A stretch of 64,000 nucleotides of DNA from a virus: the IMG/VR virus record IMGVR_UViG_3300012351_000007, positions 21,699 through 85,698 of that record. One strand, written 5' to 3'. The notes below the pieces were generated by a model. It was not told where the DNA came from and made no database searches. It saw only the letters and a program-made list of their open reading frames with translations. Of this stretch, positions 47,656 through 59,012 are shown one piece after another. Position 1 is the first letter of the stretch; the number at the start of each line of letters is the position of its first letter. The translations under genes and the position numbers were made by a program.

Positions 47656-49861
47656 TCATCTGACGATCACCACCAGGAACAGCTCCATCTGCCCGTCGTC
47701 GACCTCCGGTGACACCCGGGAAGGCAGCGAAGGCCGGCGGGGGGTGGGGATGTAGCCGCCGCACACCGGCCCCCGCTGGCGCGAGCGGTAGGGCTCCCGC
47801 CAGATCGGGTGATGGCAGTCCCGGCAAGGTACGGGCGTTGGGCGGGTCATAGCTGCCTGCCGATCTTCCGCAGGCAGCGCATGCACGGCCGCAGGCTCTC
47901 GGCGGTTTCGTACTCCCGCTGGTTCCCGGTGCCGCGCCAGTCGGAGGCGGGCAGGGTGTAGATCCCGCAGGCCGCCTCGGCGTCGTCGGCGCGGGCCAGG
48001 GCGTGCTTGACGGAGCCGCGGGGGAGGTAACGCCACTCGGTCATCCCGCGTCTCCCGCCCGCTCAAGCCACCGGCCGAGGTAGGCGTGGACCTGTTCCAC
48101 CTGGTCCCGGTCGAGCAGCACCGGGCAGCCGGTGAACAGCCCTTCGCCGCCGCTTTGCCGCCCGTCCCACACCCACAGCCGCAGGTAGGGCCACACCCGG
48201 TCGCAGCACTGGTCAAGCGGCTTGTCGCACTCCGCCTCGGGTGGGCATAGCCGCCGGTCGCCGTCGCTGACGAAGGCGGAGATCTCGTCGAGGGACACGA
48301 ACCCGGCCCTCGGCCCGGACGGGTCGGGCAGGATGTGGCTGGCCTCGTACACGAGCGGCCCGGTGGGGCAGTTGCGGGGCTTGCCCTTGTGGCCCTGCCG
48401 GCAGCCGTCGAGGTGGTCGTCAGAGTCCAGCGACAGGGCGGTGGCAAAGATGGACATCAGCCCACCGCCTCGCCGACCTCGGCCACAGTCAGACGCCGCC
48501 ATACCCGGCCCTCACCCGGCGCCGACACCAGAACCACCTTCAGTGGCTCGCCGGACAGGAACGCCCCGTTGATGAGCAGCCGCCGGTGCAGGTCAGTGCA
48601 GCCGCCGTCGGAGCACCGGACCCGCACCTCGTTGCCGGTCAGTTGCCATGCGCCGGGCTCGACGTACACCGCATACCAGGGGTGGGCGGGTTCACCGGGG
48701 GCGCCGGTAGCGTCCGGGTCGGACGGGACGAACCCGCCGCAGGGGCAGTCGGCGTCGGGGCACACGTGACCCCTGCGACCCCCCGAGAGGCGTTCGCGGG
48801 CGGCGTAGTGCGGCATACGCCCGGCGACCATCGGGCACGCCTGCGAGGCGTACACGGCGCAGGGTGCGCACAGCGGCGGCTCGTCGAAGTGCCGGTTGCG
48901 GAGCTGGTTGGGTCCGCCGAACAGGACCGCGGGTCGGGTCAGCGGGGCGCCGCAGGTTTGGCACACCTGCTCGGTCCAGCACTGCTGGTACGTGGCCTGG
49001 TGTGGGGTGCGGAAGTCAACCCCGCCGTCGGCGAGGCGGATGTTGACGTACGGGGCGACCAAGCCGCCGACGGTGGGCCGGTCAGCGCACGAGGCGGGAA
49101 TCGGCGGGATCATACCGTTGTCGCCTTCACGGCCTCGTGGACGCAGGGAAACCGCCCACCCACATACAGCCCCAGGGCCTGGCCGGATCGGAACGCTGAC
49201 GAGAACGCAACGGGCAGGATGCGCAACGCCGCGAGGACGTCAACGGCCTGGGTGACCGATTCGGCGACGAGACGATGCGGCTCGGTCCAGCCGCAGCCGT
49301 CCGACGAGGGGGCGCGGACGAACAGGGTTCCGCTGCGGTCGACGTAGACCTGCCGGGCTTCACGGGCGAGCGGCAGCGGCCGGGGCCGGTGAACGTTCGT
49401 CCAGTGCCAATCGGCCGGCCTCTGGCTCCCGCGGTAGACGGGCCGCCAGCCTTGTGTCCGTGCCCAGCGCAGCACCTCGGCGAGCAAACGCCTGTCCTTC
49501 GGCGTCATCGGCCGACCTCGGACTCAACCGAAACCACGTTCGGGAACGCCGACAGCAGCGGCAGGCGCCAGCCGACGATCCGCAGCCGGTACGTGTGCCC
49601 GACCTGCAATTGCCCCTGGATGTCGGCGGAGGCGGTCTTCCCAACCAGCCACTGGTCGTAGTTGCCGAGGACCCCGCATTCCTTGGTGTAGATGCGGTAG
49701 TTGGAACTGCCGTGTCCGCTGTAGCCGCGGTCCTTGTCCTCGACGGTGCAGGTGGCCACGTGGTTGTGGTAGTTGGCGCGCAGCAGCACGGCACCGCCGC
49801 AGCAGCCGGCGACCAGCACGAGGCCGGCGAGGCTGGCACCGAGGGACGTGTTGTTCGGCAT
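47656..49861 (-). CDS. Coupled hypothetical genes (47847-48044, 48041-48457, 48457-49113 Cys-rich, 49110-49508, 49505-49861 membrane-anchored)
   Basis: Contiguous coupled ORFs; the last has an N-terminal TM helix and a TCTVEDKDR pattern. Confidence 0.55.
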
Positions 49862-49876
49862 CGGGTTCCTTCAGGT

Positions 49877-50257
49877 CTAGGCGGCCAGTTGGCCGGCGGG
49901 TGGGGGACGTAGCGCCGTTACGTCGGCGACGATGTTGCGCCTGTACCGGCTGGGCCTTCCCGGGCGCCGCAGCCGGATGTGGACGGCGGGCGGTTCGCAG
50001 GTTCGGCAGTACCCTTCCTTCGCGGACTGGCCGATGACGGGACGCCCACAGGGGCACACGGTCAACACGCGGCCGGTGTCGGCGTACGCGGTCCCGGCAC
50101 GGACCACACCCGCCTCGTCGCAGGCGTGGGCGGCGCAGTCGGTGAGGACGGGGCAGGCGATCCGGCACAGCGTCATAGCGAGCCGGTTCCCGTCGTCGCC
50201 CGTCTCCCACCAGTCGCTCGGGCGGGTGCGGCAGATGGCCTTGTCGCGCCACATCAT
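49877..50257 (-). CDS. WhiB-like transcription regulator
   Basis: WRDKAIC...LCRIACPVLTDC...GVVRAG. Confidence 0.72.
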   Translation of the reverse strand: MMWRDKAICRTRPSDWWETGDDGNRLAMTLCRIACPVLTDCAAHACDEAGVVRAGTAYADTGRVLTVCPCGRPVIGQSAKEGYCRTCEPPAVHIRLRRPGRPSRYRRNIVADVTALRPPPAGQLAA

Positions 50258-50607
50258 GCCGCCGCCTGCCGGTGGTTGCCGCGTGCCATCGGCGGCTGCC
50301 ACTCCTGGTACGGGACCGGCCTGCCGTACTCTTCCCTGGCCCTGCGGTGGGTGTTGGTGCCGGGCCAGATCAGGCCGCCCTGCACGCAGTGGTGCAGGGG
50401 CGGATCGTTGACGGCCTTCCGGGCGCACCACGTCAGCGCCGGGCAGCCGGCGCAGTCGCGGAGGGCGTTGAGGACCCGGTGCCGGACCCTTCCCGCCTCG
50501 TAGTGGCCATCGGAGATGGGGATGTCCCACCGGTCGGGGTCCGCCGCGCAGGGCGTCGGCGCGTTCGGGTCGTCCCGCAGGCCGCGGTCGGGGAGGGTGG
50601 TGGTCAC
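50254..50607 (-). CDS. WhiB-like transcription regulator
   Basis: PCAADPDRW...CAGCPALTWC...VQGG. Confidence 0.72.
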   Translation of the reverse strand: MTTTLPDRGLRDDPNAPTPCAADPDRWDIPISDGHYEAGRVRHRVLNALRDCAGCPALTWCARKAVNDPPLHHCVQGGLIWPGTNTHRRAREEYGRPVPYQEWQPPMARGNHRQAAA

Positions 50608-50905
50608 GGGTTGACTCCGAGGTGTTCGGCGATGGCTTGGCAGACTGCGGCGGCGGAGGCGGCCGGGGTGCGGTGAACGGGGTCGAGGGTCAGCGCGTTC
50701 TCGGCAACGGCGAGGGCTTCGGGGCTGCCCAGCCATGCGGCGATAGCGTCCACGACCCGCTCGGCGTTGTCCCTGCCCATTTCGCACGTCCAGCTGGCCT
50801 CGGCGTGATGGTCAGCGCAGGCGGCCTGGTGGGCCAGGCGACGAACCGGTACCGGCCTCTCGGCAGGTCTGGCTGTGATAGCGGCGAAGTACAGGGGCTC
50901 AGACA

Positions 50906-51268
50906 TCACTGTCCACCTCCGGGCTGGTCGGGCAGGTAGCACCACTCGACACGGGTGATCTCCGAGGACGGGTGGCAGCGCATGTGCTGGCAGAAGAAGG
51001 CGACGAACTCGGCCGGGGTCAGGTCGCGGAACCCCTCCGCTGCCACGTCATCGGAATAGATCGCGTCGAGTGGTTCGCGCCGCACGCTGACGATCTCGAC
51101 ATCGCAAATCCGCACCAGCGGCTCGCCCTTGCGGCGTCCCATGACCTTCCTGCAGAGGGTGAGCCGGTCGCCGGCCGTGAGGAACTTCCAGCCGAGCCGC
51201 CTGGTGACCGTCTTTCGCCGCTCGCGCACCGCCATCTCGGTGAGGGACACGGACATCAACCGGCTCAT
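50906..51268 (-). CDS. ASCH-domain protein
   Basis: KTVTRRLGW...VRREPLDAI...EGF. Confidence 0.8.
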   Translation of the reverse strand: MSRLMSVSLTEMAVRERRKTVTRRLGWKFLTAGDRLTLCRKVMGRRKGEPLVRICDVEIVSVRREPLDAIYSDDVAAEGFRDLTPAEFVAFFCQHMRCHPSSEITRVEWCYLPDQPGGGQ

Positions 51269-52073
51269 GAGCGCACCGCCTCGATCCGCTGCAGCAACTG
51301 CCGCAGGTCCCGGGTGGCGGCGATCAGCGACGCCAACACCTGCCCCCGTAGCCGGTCGGCCTCACCCTCAGGCAGGGTTTGCCAGCCGCGCAGGTCGTAC
51401 ATCAGCCGTGTGAACGTTCCCGACAGTCGGTTGGTGTCCCACACCGCCAGCCCGCTGACGGCGACGATGTACCGGTGTGGCCACGCATCCCGGGCAACTT
51501 CCCGCCACGTGCATTCCACGATCGGGGCGCCGGTGTAGTAGTCGGCAGGCTTCCACCCGCCCGAGTTGTCGGTGCCGAAGTACGCCACCCCGCCCCGGTG
51601 GGTGTGCCACACCGACGGGTGGTTGAGCCGGCCGTGGGAGGTATGCCCGTGCGTCCAGAGGGTGATGTCGGCGGCGTCACCGAGGGCGTCGTCAACGGCC
51701 GGGATGATGCGGGGCAGGTCCATGTCGAAGTCGTCGGACCAGAACCGCTCGCCCATCACGCCACCACCTCGACAACGGTGATGCCGAGCAGGTGCCGCAG
51801 CCCGTCGTCGCGGGTCGCCACCCGCACCGGGCCTGTCCCGTCCCGGTAGGCGAACCAGTGACCTTCCACGGCCGGACCCCAAACGGCACCGACCTTCACG
51901 CCGTCCCGGTAGGCGATGACCTCGTCGTCGCTGTCGTCGACCACCAGCCCGGCCGCCTCGAACAGCGGCAGGAAGTCGTCGGGGATCGGGTCGGACCAGC
52001 GCCGCACGGCGACGGCGACAACCGTGGCCGAGTGGGCGTGGCCGCGCTGGACCTTCGTCGGATCGGCCATCAC
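51265..52073 (-). CDS. Two hypothetical genes (51265-51756, 51756-52073)
   Basis: Coupled ORFs. Confidence 0.55.
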
Positions 52074-52945
52074 GCCGCCACCGCCTGTCCGGTCTTCGGG
52101 TACTCCCGGATCCGGAGATCAGCGGGCCAGGCGTCCCACTTGCCGCCCTTCCCGCTGCCAGCCCACACCTTCCCGAGCTGCTTGACGAAGACGGCCGTGT
52201 CGGCTTCGCGGGCGAGGCGGATCAGGTCGTACACCCAGTCCAGCGCCATCGGACGCGAGCCGTGTCCACTCTCGCCACCGATGATCAGCCAGTCGATGCC
52301 GGTCAGGTCCAGCGACGGCAGCGGCCCGAGTAGCGGCTCAGCGGAGACGAACCGGACGGCCGCGGGGGTGGCGTGCAGGTGGTCGGCGCGGGCAACGTGC
52401 TCGTCGGACTCAATGCTGGTGCCGAGCCACGTGTTAGGAAGCGGCCAGACAGCCGGTACCGCGAACCGGTCGGCGTCATAGCGCCAGCCGTGCCAGCCAG
52501 CGCGCACCATGGCAATCCCGACGGACCGACGGAACTCCTCCTCGGCCAGCATCCGGGCCATCCGCTCGGGTCGCTTGGTCAAGATCTGGTAGGTGTGCTG
52601 CGGCGTTGCCGCCATCACCGCCCAGACCTCCGCCAGGAACTCGCGCGGCACCCTGGCGTGCCCGAGGTCGCTCATGCTGTTTACGAAGACGGTCCGAGGG
52701 TCGCGCCACTTCAGCGGGGTGCTTAGCGTGCCTGGGTGGACGGTCAGCCCGAAGCCGGGGCCGGACGTGCGCGGGTCGCCGTCGTTCTGGTACTTCGCCG
52801 AGCCCATACCCTTGAGCCGCTTCGCCATCGTTAGCGCATAGCAGTTCGTGCATCCGTCGCTGATCTTGTCGCAACCCGTGGTCGGATTCCAGGTGACGCC
52901 TTGGGTGCCGTCCCGCTGGGTCCACTCGATGCTCGTTTCGGCCAT
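52070..52945 (-). CDS. DUF5131 (phage Gp37/Gp68) family protein
   Basis: TSIEWT, WNPTTGCDKISDGCTNCYA, FVNSMSDL, LTKRPER, SAEPLLG, GGESG, FVKQLG. Confidence 0.92.
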   Translation of the reverse strand: MAETSIEWTQRDGTQGVTWNPTTGCDKISDGCTNCYALTMAKRLKGMGSAKYQNDGDPRTSGPGFGLTVHPGTLSTPLKWRDPRTVFVNSMSDLGHARVPREFLAEVWAVMAATPQHTYQILTKRPERMARMLAEEEFRRSVGIAMVRAGWHGWRYDADRFAVPAVWPLPNTWLGTSIESDEHVARADHLHATPAAVRFVSAEPLLGPLPSLDLTGIDWLIIGGESGHGSRPMALDWVYDLIRLAREADTAVFVKQLGKVWAGSGKGGKWDAWPADLRIREYPKTGQAVAA

Positions 52946-53673
52946 CAGGCGGCCCTCCTGCCCTGGTAGACCTCGGCGGCGGTCAGCAGCCCGTGCTGGG
53001 TGGCCTGCGGCAGCCGGCCGAGGTGCCAGGTGTCGCCGGTAGGGCAGCGGTAGGCGCGCAGCCAGCGCCACTCGGGCGTGCGACGGCGGGCTTTCCGGGC
53101 GTGGGATCGGCTGAGATAGGACCGTTTGCCGCAGTGCTCGCACTCTGCGACGGGCAGTGAGGGGCGGGTCAGGTGCACGAGGGGGCCTCCGTTCGGTGAG
53201 GGGTTGTGTCGTCGCAGCGGGACAGGATTCGCTGCCGCATCGCCTCGGCCGCAGCCGAACGCAGCCGGTGCTCCGCCTCCCGGTCCTTCCACGAAAAGTC
53301 CCGGTCTGTCCGGTACAGGTCGGCGCACTGCTCCGCGTAGCTGACCTCCTGCTCCCGTAGCCGGGTCAACTCCCGGTCGGCAACCTCAGCCGTCAGCCAG
53401 TCGTCGAGGACGGGTTCGGTGCCGGCGAGCAGGCAGTTACGTAGGTGCGCGTAAGGCGAGGCCAGATCCCGGGACGGCGCCGGGGGAAGCGGCGGCTCCG
53501 GTTCGGCAGGCGTCTCGTCGGCGACCCCTACCCGCAGCCCCCACCTTGCGGCCACGATCTCGGCGAGACACCACACGTCATCCAGATGCGGGCCTTCGAT
53601 GGTGGCCGAGTTGTCGCAGCCCGGCGGCATGGTGGCCCGCCAGCCCTGGTCGGAGCGTTCGATGCGGATCGGG

Positions 53674-53931
53674 TCATTCACCGCCGGCCTCCCACGCCTC
53701 GCCGGGTCCGAGGACGTAACGGCCGGCACCGATGAGAACCGCACCTAGGCCGGTGAGGAACAGCACCGTCGCCGGGCGGGTCTCGGCGGGGGATGACGCG
53801 ACGACAACGAGGACCAGCACCCCGCTGACGGTCAACGCCCCCGCTGCGATGCGCCGCAGGAACACCCACAGCGGGTTGGGTACCGGGACGGCCCGGTGCC
53901 GGCCCCATCGGCTGCGGCGGTACGTGGTCAT
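53674..53931 (-). CDS. Two-TM membrane protein
   Basis: Two hydrophobic helices. Confidence 0.6.
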   Translation of the reverse strand: MTTYRRSRWGRHRAVPVPNPLWVFLRRIAAGALTVSGVLVLVVVASSPAETRPATVLFLTGLGAVLIGAGRYVLGPGEAWEAGGE

Positions 53932-54128
53932 GCCTGCCTCCCCACGTACGACGTGTCCGCCGCGAGTAGCGCCCGAACTTCGGCCTCCCGGTACCGGCGG
54001 TGCCCGCCGAGGGTCCGGACGGCAGACAGCCGGCCTTCCTCCGCCCACCGGGCCACCGTCTGCGAGGTGACCCGGAACAGTTCCGCGACCTCGCTGGGCT
54101 GCATCAGGGCGTCGTCGTCAAGCGGCAT
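53928..54128 (-). CDS. BldC-like MerR/Xis-type wHTH protein
   Basis: LMQPSEVAELFRVTSQTVARWAEEGRLSAVRTLGGHRRYREAEVRALL. Confidence 0.85.
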   Translation of the reverse strand: MPLDDDALMQPSEVAELFRVTSQTVARWAEEGRLSAVRTLGGHRRYREAEVRALLAADTSYVGRQA

Positions 54129-54466
54129 CGGATCCCCCCGCCTCATAGCTCTTGCACGGGCACTTGTCGGGGTTGGACGCCGAGCACGCCTTGCGCTTTT
54201 TCGTCGCCTCCGAGATGGCATGGACCTCGGGCAGATGCCTGCAGACGCAGCGGGGCAGCAGCACGTACCCGTCGGTGGTTCCACATGCCCGACCCGGGTC
54301 GCTGGCATTCGGCGTCGGGACCGTCCATGGGTTGCGGCGGCTCACCGGACGTACCTCATCAGCGACAGGGCCGGTTGGCGCTTACGTAGCCGGCGTCGGT
54401 GGCGTTCGGCGTAGGTCTGCAGGATCAGATCCCGGTCGTGGCGCTCGGCCTCGGTGAGGATGCGGG

Positions 54467-54709
54467 TCATGCCGCCACCATCCGTTCGGTTGCCTGGGAG
54501 AGCGCAACCAAAGCCGCAGCGCACTGCCTCGGGATGCCGGCCGCGCTGAGCACGTCACGAAGCCTGAACAGGTGCTCGTAGACCCGCTTCGGCTCCCAGC
54601 CTGTGTCGGCGAAAACCGCGCCATCGACCTTGGGTAGCGTCCCATCAGCCGACATCAGGGCGAGGACGGTTGACTGCACGCCGGCACCAAGCGAGAGAAG
54701 CCGCATCAT
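54467..54709 (-). pseudogene. Truncated PAPS-reductase-like (PP-loop) gene
   Basis: LSLGAGVQST...FADTGWEP...VYEHL, then ends after about 80 aa. Confidence 0.75.
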
Positions 54710-54950
54710 CCCGCCACCCCAGCTACGGGTACACCGACACCTGCGCGGTCCTCGGGGAACGTTCCGACCGGCTTCGGCTCGTACCGGGTGACGATGGTGT
54801 GGCAGTCGACCGTCGCCCACTGATCCGCCTGTCCTGCGACGGGTTCCAACTCCTCGCCGACGACGGACGCGACCTCAGGGGGCAGTTCGGATCCGCCACT
54901 GAGGATGCCGAAGGAGTCGGTGTCGGTCCGCTCGACGATGAACGCGTAGA

Positions 54951-55721
54951 TCACGGCGCCACCTCCGCCCCTACCCGCCGCGCCTCATACGGGCGGTACG
55001 GCCACGCGTCGTCCAGGTCGGCGATGCGGCCCATTAGTTCGTCGGCCTCCTGCTCCAACACGCAACGGCCTTCGCTGCCCTCGTCGAACTGCTCGGCGTC
55101 GTAGGACTTCTGTTCCAGTTCGCGCATCAGGTAGCGGCGGAACGAAGCCGTCTGGTCGGCCCGCCACTGGGCTTGCGCCTCGTGCAGGTCGAACAGGTCC
55201 GCGGACCGGATGTGGTGGTGCCGTTCGGCCTGCCGCCACGCCACCCGGGCCGCCGCCAACGCGTCGTGGGCCGAGTCGTGGGCACCGTCGATCCGCACCC
55301 CGTAGGTGGCGCACAGGTCCGGCAGCCGCCGCTTCCCCCGCCGGTACGGGTCCACCGCCTTCAACGTGGGTAGGCCGTTGCGGCGTAGCTCCCGGTCCAG
55401 GATGGTCAGGTCGAACGCGATGTTCATGCCGACGACGGGGACCTTGGCCAGCAGCGCGAACGCCAGGTCGGCGGCGACCACGTCCAGCACGTCGACCGCG
55501 GGGCGCCCGTTCGCTTGGGCGTGTTCGGTGGTGATGCCGTGGATCGCTGTCGCCTCGGCCGGGATGTCCACGTCCACCTTGACCAGATGGGAGCGGACAT
55601 CGGTCGGCTCACCTGGGCGGATCAGCGCGACCGTGGCGGTAACGATGCGGTCCTGCTCAACGTCAACGCCTGTTGTCTCGGTGTCGTACCCCGCCATCGG
55701 ACCCTTGTGCCAGGCCATCAC
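54951..55721 (-). CDS. DEDDh 3'-5' exonuclease (possible internal deletion)
   Basis: YDTETTG, NIAFDLTIL, AHDSAHDA motifs. Confidence 0.88.
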   Translation of the reverse strand: MMAWHKGPMAGYDTETTGVDVEQDRIVTATVALIRPGEPTDVRSHLVKVDVDIPAEATAIHGITTEHAQANGRPAVDVLDVVAADLAFALLAKVPVVGMNIAFDLTILDRELRRNGLPTLKAVDPYRRGKRRLPDLCATYGVRIDGAHDSAHDALAAARVAWRQAERHHHIRSADLFDLHEAQAQWRADQTASFRRYLMRELEQKSYDAEQFDEGSEGRCVLEQEADELMGRIADLDDAWPYRPYEARRVGAEVAP

Positions 55722-56788
55722 GCCGCGTCCTTCCGTGCCGTGTTCAGTGCGTCCAGGAACCTGCGCATGTCCGCCTCGCTCGCCTCGTCCGACGAGTGGC
55801 CGACCAGTTCACAGAAGTGCTTCTCCAGCACGTCGATGTCGTCCCACGGCGCGGCGGCGAGAATGTCCGACCACAGCGACTCCAGATCGGACGGTTCGGT
55901 CACCTCCGCGTCGATGACGGTCCGCTGCGCGGGGACTGCGGTGGCGCGCAGGGCAGCAGCTCGGGCCTCGAACAGCCGCAGCAATTCAGGGGTGTCCTTG
56001 CCTTCGGCCTTCGCCTGCTTGTGTAGGTCGAACAGCGCCTCCACCGTCTTGGCTGCGTCGACCAGCGACGGGTAGTCCACGTTTGCCTCGATCGCGGCCC
56101 GCACCTGCCCGTCAATCGCCGAGGCGCGGCGGGCGGCGATGAGTTCCTGCACCCGCCCCGACAGCAGTTGGCCAGAGGTCCAGTCGTCGGTGTCGAGCAC
56201 CGGCACGACGAAGTTCATGGTTTTGCCGGCACGGGTGACGGTGCGCTGGTCCAGGATCAGTTTCGCCGGGATGATGCCCTGCGCCTGGGCGAGCAGGGCG
56301 GCGATGCCGGGCAGCTCGACGGCGGCGTAGAACGAGCCGGTGTCCACCCGCCAGCAGCCCAGCCCGGGAACGTCCTCCAGCATCACCCGCAGCCGGGTGT
56401 GCATGGAACACTCGCGGGCCTGCGGGTCGCACAGGCACGCCTGCCGGGTGATCTTCTCCATCTGCCCGTCGCAGCGGCGCTGACATCCGCCAGCCGACCA
56501 CATCTCGTACCACTGCGACTCGGCCGGGTCCTGCGGCGGCACCAGCACCGGAACCTGGGTGGCGTTGGTGACGACCTGCCACTGCTGGTTGCCCCGTGGC
56601 GGCTGCCACGCCTCCACGGTGCCGCCGTACAGTTCGGCGATCCGGTCGATGAGGGTGCGGCGGGGGGAGGTGAACCGCAGCCGGTCCAGTTTCGCCGGCC
56701 GCTCTTTGCCGTTGGCGGCCTTCACTTTCACGCCGAGCCGGATCCGGCCCACTTCTGTTTGCGCCTGTTGCAAGCCCAAGATGGCCAC
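55718..56788 (-). CDS. Recombination directionality factor-like (phage gp3-like) protein
   Basis: EVGRIRLG...KLDRLRFTS...YEMWSAGGCQRRCDG...TRLRVML...VVPVL; paired with the exonuclease. Confidence 0.75.
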   Translation of the reverse strand: MAILGLQQAQTEVGRIRLGVKVKAANGKERPAKLDRLRFTSPRRTLIDRIAELYGGTVEAWQPPRGNQQWQVVTNATQVPVLVPPQDPAESQWYEMWSAGGCQRRCDGQMEKITRQACLCDPQARECSMHTRLRVMLEDVPGLGCWRVDTGSFYAAVELPGIAALLAQAQGIIPAKLILDQRTVTRAGKTMNFVVPVLDTDDWTSGQLLSGRVQELIAARRASAIDGQVRAAIEANVDYPSLVDAAKTVEALFDLHKQAKAEGKDTPELLRLFEARAAALRATAVPAQRTVIDAEVTEPSDLESLWSDILAAAPWDDIDVLEKHFCELVGHSSDEASEADMRRFLDALNTARKDAA

Positions 56789-57657
56789 TACTTGTCCTTG
56801 AGGGTGAGGGGTCGGGAGAGCACCGTGTTGAGGCCCGCGTCGAGTCCTTCGGCGAGGCGCAGCGCGTGGATGAAGTAGGCGAGGTTCGCGTCGGTCAGGT
56901 AGACCTCGCGTGTCTGGACCTTGTCCGGGCGGATGTGCACGACCAAGCCGCCCTTGATTTCGGGCATCGGTTCCTCGGACCCGTCGGGCAGCAGTACCGC
57001 GTCGGCGTTGGCGTAGGCGACGACCTGCCAGCCCTTGGGGATGTCGAGGTTCTTCGAGGTCTTGTAGTCGCCGACCAGGGGGAGGTCGGCGAGGTGCGCG
57101 AACTCCTTCGGCAGGGTGGGTCCGGCGGGGAGCCGGATGATTTTGTCGAGGGTGCCGGCGTACCCCCACTTGCGGGAGATGACGGTCATCTCGGTGGCGA
57201 GGTATTCGGGTTGGAACGCCTCGCGCCACCGCAGGTACTGGTCAACGAACGGCTGGACCTCTTCATCGATCTGGGCGCCTTCGCCGAACAGGGAGATCTG
57301 TTCGGCGGCCTCGTGGAGGCGGGTGCCGATGGATCCGGCTTCGTCGCGGACGTCGTTGCCTCGGTTCGACAGCCACAAGATGGCGCACGGCCGGCACTGT
57401 CCACAGGCGTTGTCGGTCTTGGTGGCGTTGCAATCAGGGTTGCGAGAGCAGCGGATCACCCAGGGCAGCCGGTCGAATGCGGCCTCGGAGGCGAGGCGGG
57501 CTGCCCAGTCGGCGAGGCCGAACTTGGCGATGCGGGACAGCGCTGTGGTGACGGACCTGAACCGTTCGCCGGTTATCGGGTGCGGGTACCAGCGGGACCC
57601 GTCGGCCGATGTTTCGGCGTGGATCGGCTCGCGCTTGGTTGTGGTCGGCGCGCTCAT
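56788..57657 (-). CDS. PD-(D/E)XK (RecB/Cas4-like) exonuclease
   Basis: SVTTAL, GTRLH, YAGTLD, DYKTS, QVVAY motifs. Confidence 0.85.
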   Translation of the reverse strand: MSAPTTTKREPIHAETSADGSRWYPHPITGERFRSVTTALSRIAKFGLADWAARLASEAAFDRLPWVIRCSRNPDCNATKTDNACGQCRPCAILWLSNRGNDVRDEAGSIGTRLHEAAEQISLFGEGAQIDEEVQPFVDQYLRWREAFQPEYLATEMTVISRKWGYAGTLDKIIRLPAGPTLPKEFAHLADLPLVGDYKTSKNLDIPKGWQVVAYANADAVLLPDGSEEPMPEIKGGLVVHIRPDKVQTREVYLTDANLAYFIHALRLAEGLDAGLNTVLSRPLTLKDK

Positions 57658-59012
57658 GCCGCGTTGTCCAGTCGGCGTTCACGGTCGTGTTCGTCGGTCC
57701 TGCACCGCCGGCACAGCACGTCATCCCCCGAGGGGAAGCCACAGGCGTGGCAGCGGTGTCCCGGCCAGCAGCGGTCACACCACGACGGCCGGTGCGCGAG
57801 GGCCTTCAAGGTGTCCACCGCGCGTCGCCCACCGTCGGGGCAGTCCGGCACGCGGTGCAGGGTGGCGTCGGCGTTGACCAGCGTCGGGCCGTACACCACC
57901 TCGGGGAAGGGGGGCACGTGGAGGCGTCGGGTGCGGTGGGGAAGGTGCAGCGGAAGGAGGGTCATGCCGGCGCCCCTGCCCTCGCGGGCCGCCGGACGTG
58001 CCGGTTGCGGACCAGCCCGTTGCCGTCTTCGGGCGCGTCGGCGTAGTCATCCGCGGGGCCACCGGGCACCCACGGGCCGGGCTCCACGAACCGCAGCCCC
58101 TCAACGGAGGCGACGTAGCGGGCGTACCTGTCCAGCGTCATCGCCTTCGTCGCTGCGGTGCTCGGCACGTGGTAGCGGTAGTGCCGCCCGCCTTCCATCT
58201 CCACGACGGCCCACGCGACGCCTTCCAGCGGCCCGGTCCGGTCAGCGGGGTACACCACGGCCACCGTCACCGTGTGCTCGGCGCTCACCACGCACCAGCC
58301 TTCGTCTCGTTCCACAGTTCGGCCGCCTCGAGCGCGGCAGCCCCGCGGCTGTGCCACATCTCGGCGAGGACCACCGCACCCCGGGCGGTGATCAGCCAGT
58401 CGCGGCGCTGCCTACCGGTCGGCCCGTACAGGTCACCGGCGACGACGCAGCCCTCGGCCTGCAGGCGGTCGATCTCGGCGCTAACCTCGGTGACGACACC
58501 GCGGAGGTCCACGGTGTACGACCGGTACGTTTCGGCGTCCTCGTAGACGACACCGGAGGCTTCGTCGACCGCGTCGAGCACGTCCAGCACCCGGTACGGC
58601 AGCAGCCCGGCGGCGGGGCGGGTGAACACGCCCCGGATGACATCTACGGCGGCCGTTGCCCACGAACGGGGGATAAGCGTTAGGGTGTGCATAGTTTCCC
58701 CTCGGAAACGTTCGGGAGGCGGTTCGCCGGTCAGGGCGGGCCGCTTCCGGCTTTTCAGGGTCGGGAAGTCGGAGTTGCCCGACGCTTCAGCGCCGACAGG
58801 CGGGCGAGGCGCAGGAAGTAGGCCGTCTTCGCCGACTCTGCTCGCCGAGCCCGCTCCTCGGGTGGCAGAACCCCGTCCGGGTCCACCTCCCGCTCCCAGC
58901 GCGACGCGAACGCCGCCCGGGCGGGTGCCGTTGCGGCTTGGCGGTCCGGCTCCTTGGACCAGCGCAGGTGCGCGCCGATCCGGCCGTTCAGGGAGTGGTC
59001 GGAGGCGGTCAC
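57654..59012 (-). CDS. Early hypothetical genes (57654-57965, 57962-58290, 58285-58692, 58755-59012)
   Basis: Coupled ORFs downstream of cro. Confidence 0.55.

Noticed and set aside
56788-57657. Cas4 partner of the cas1-cas2 module
   Set aside because: Sits in the phage recombination operon next to the RDF-like gene; I-E systems lack Cas4 and no C-terminal Cys cluster is evident
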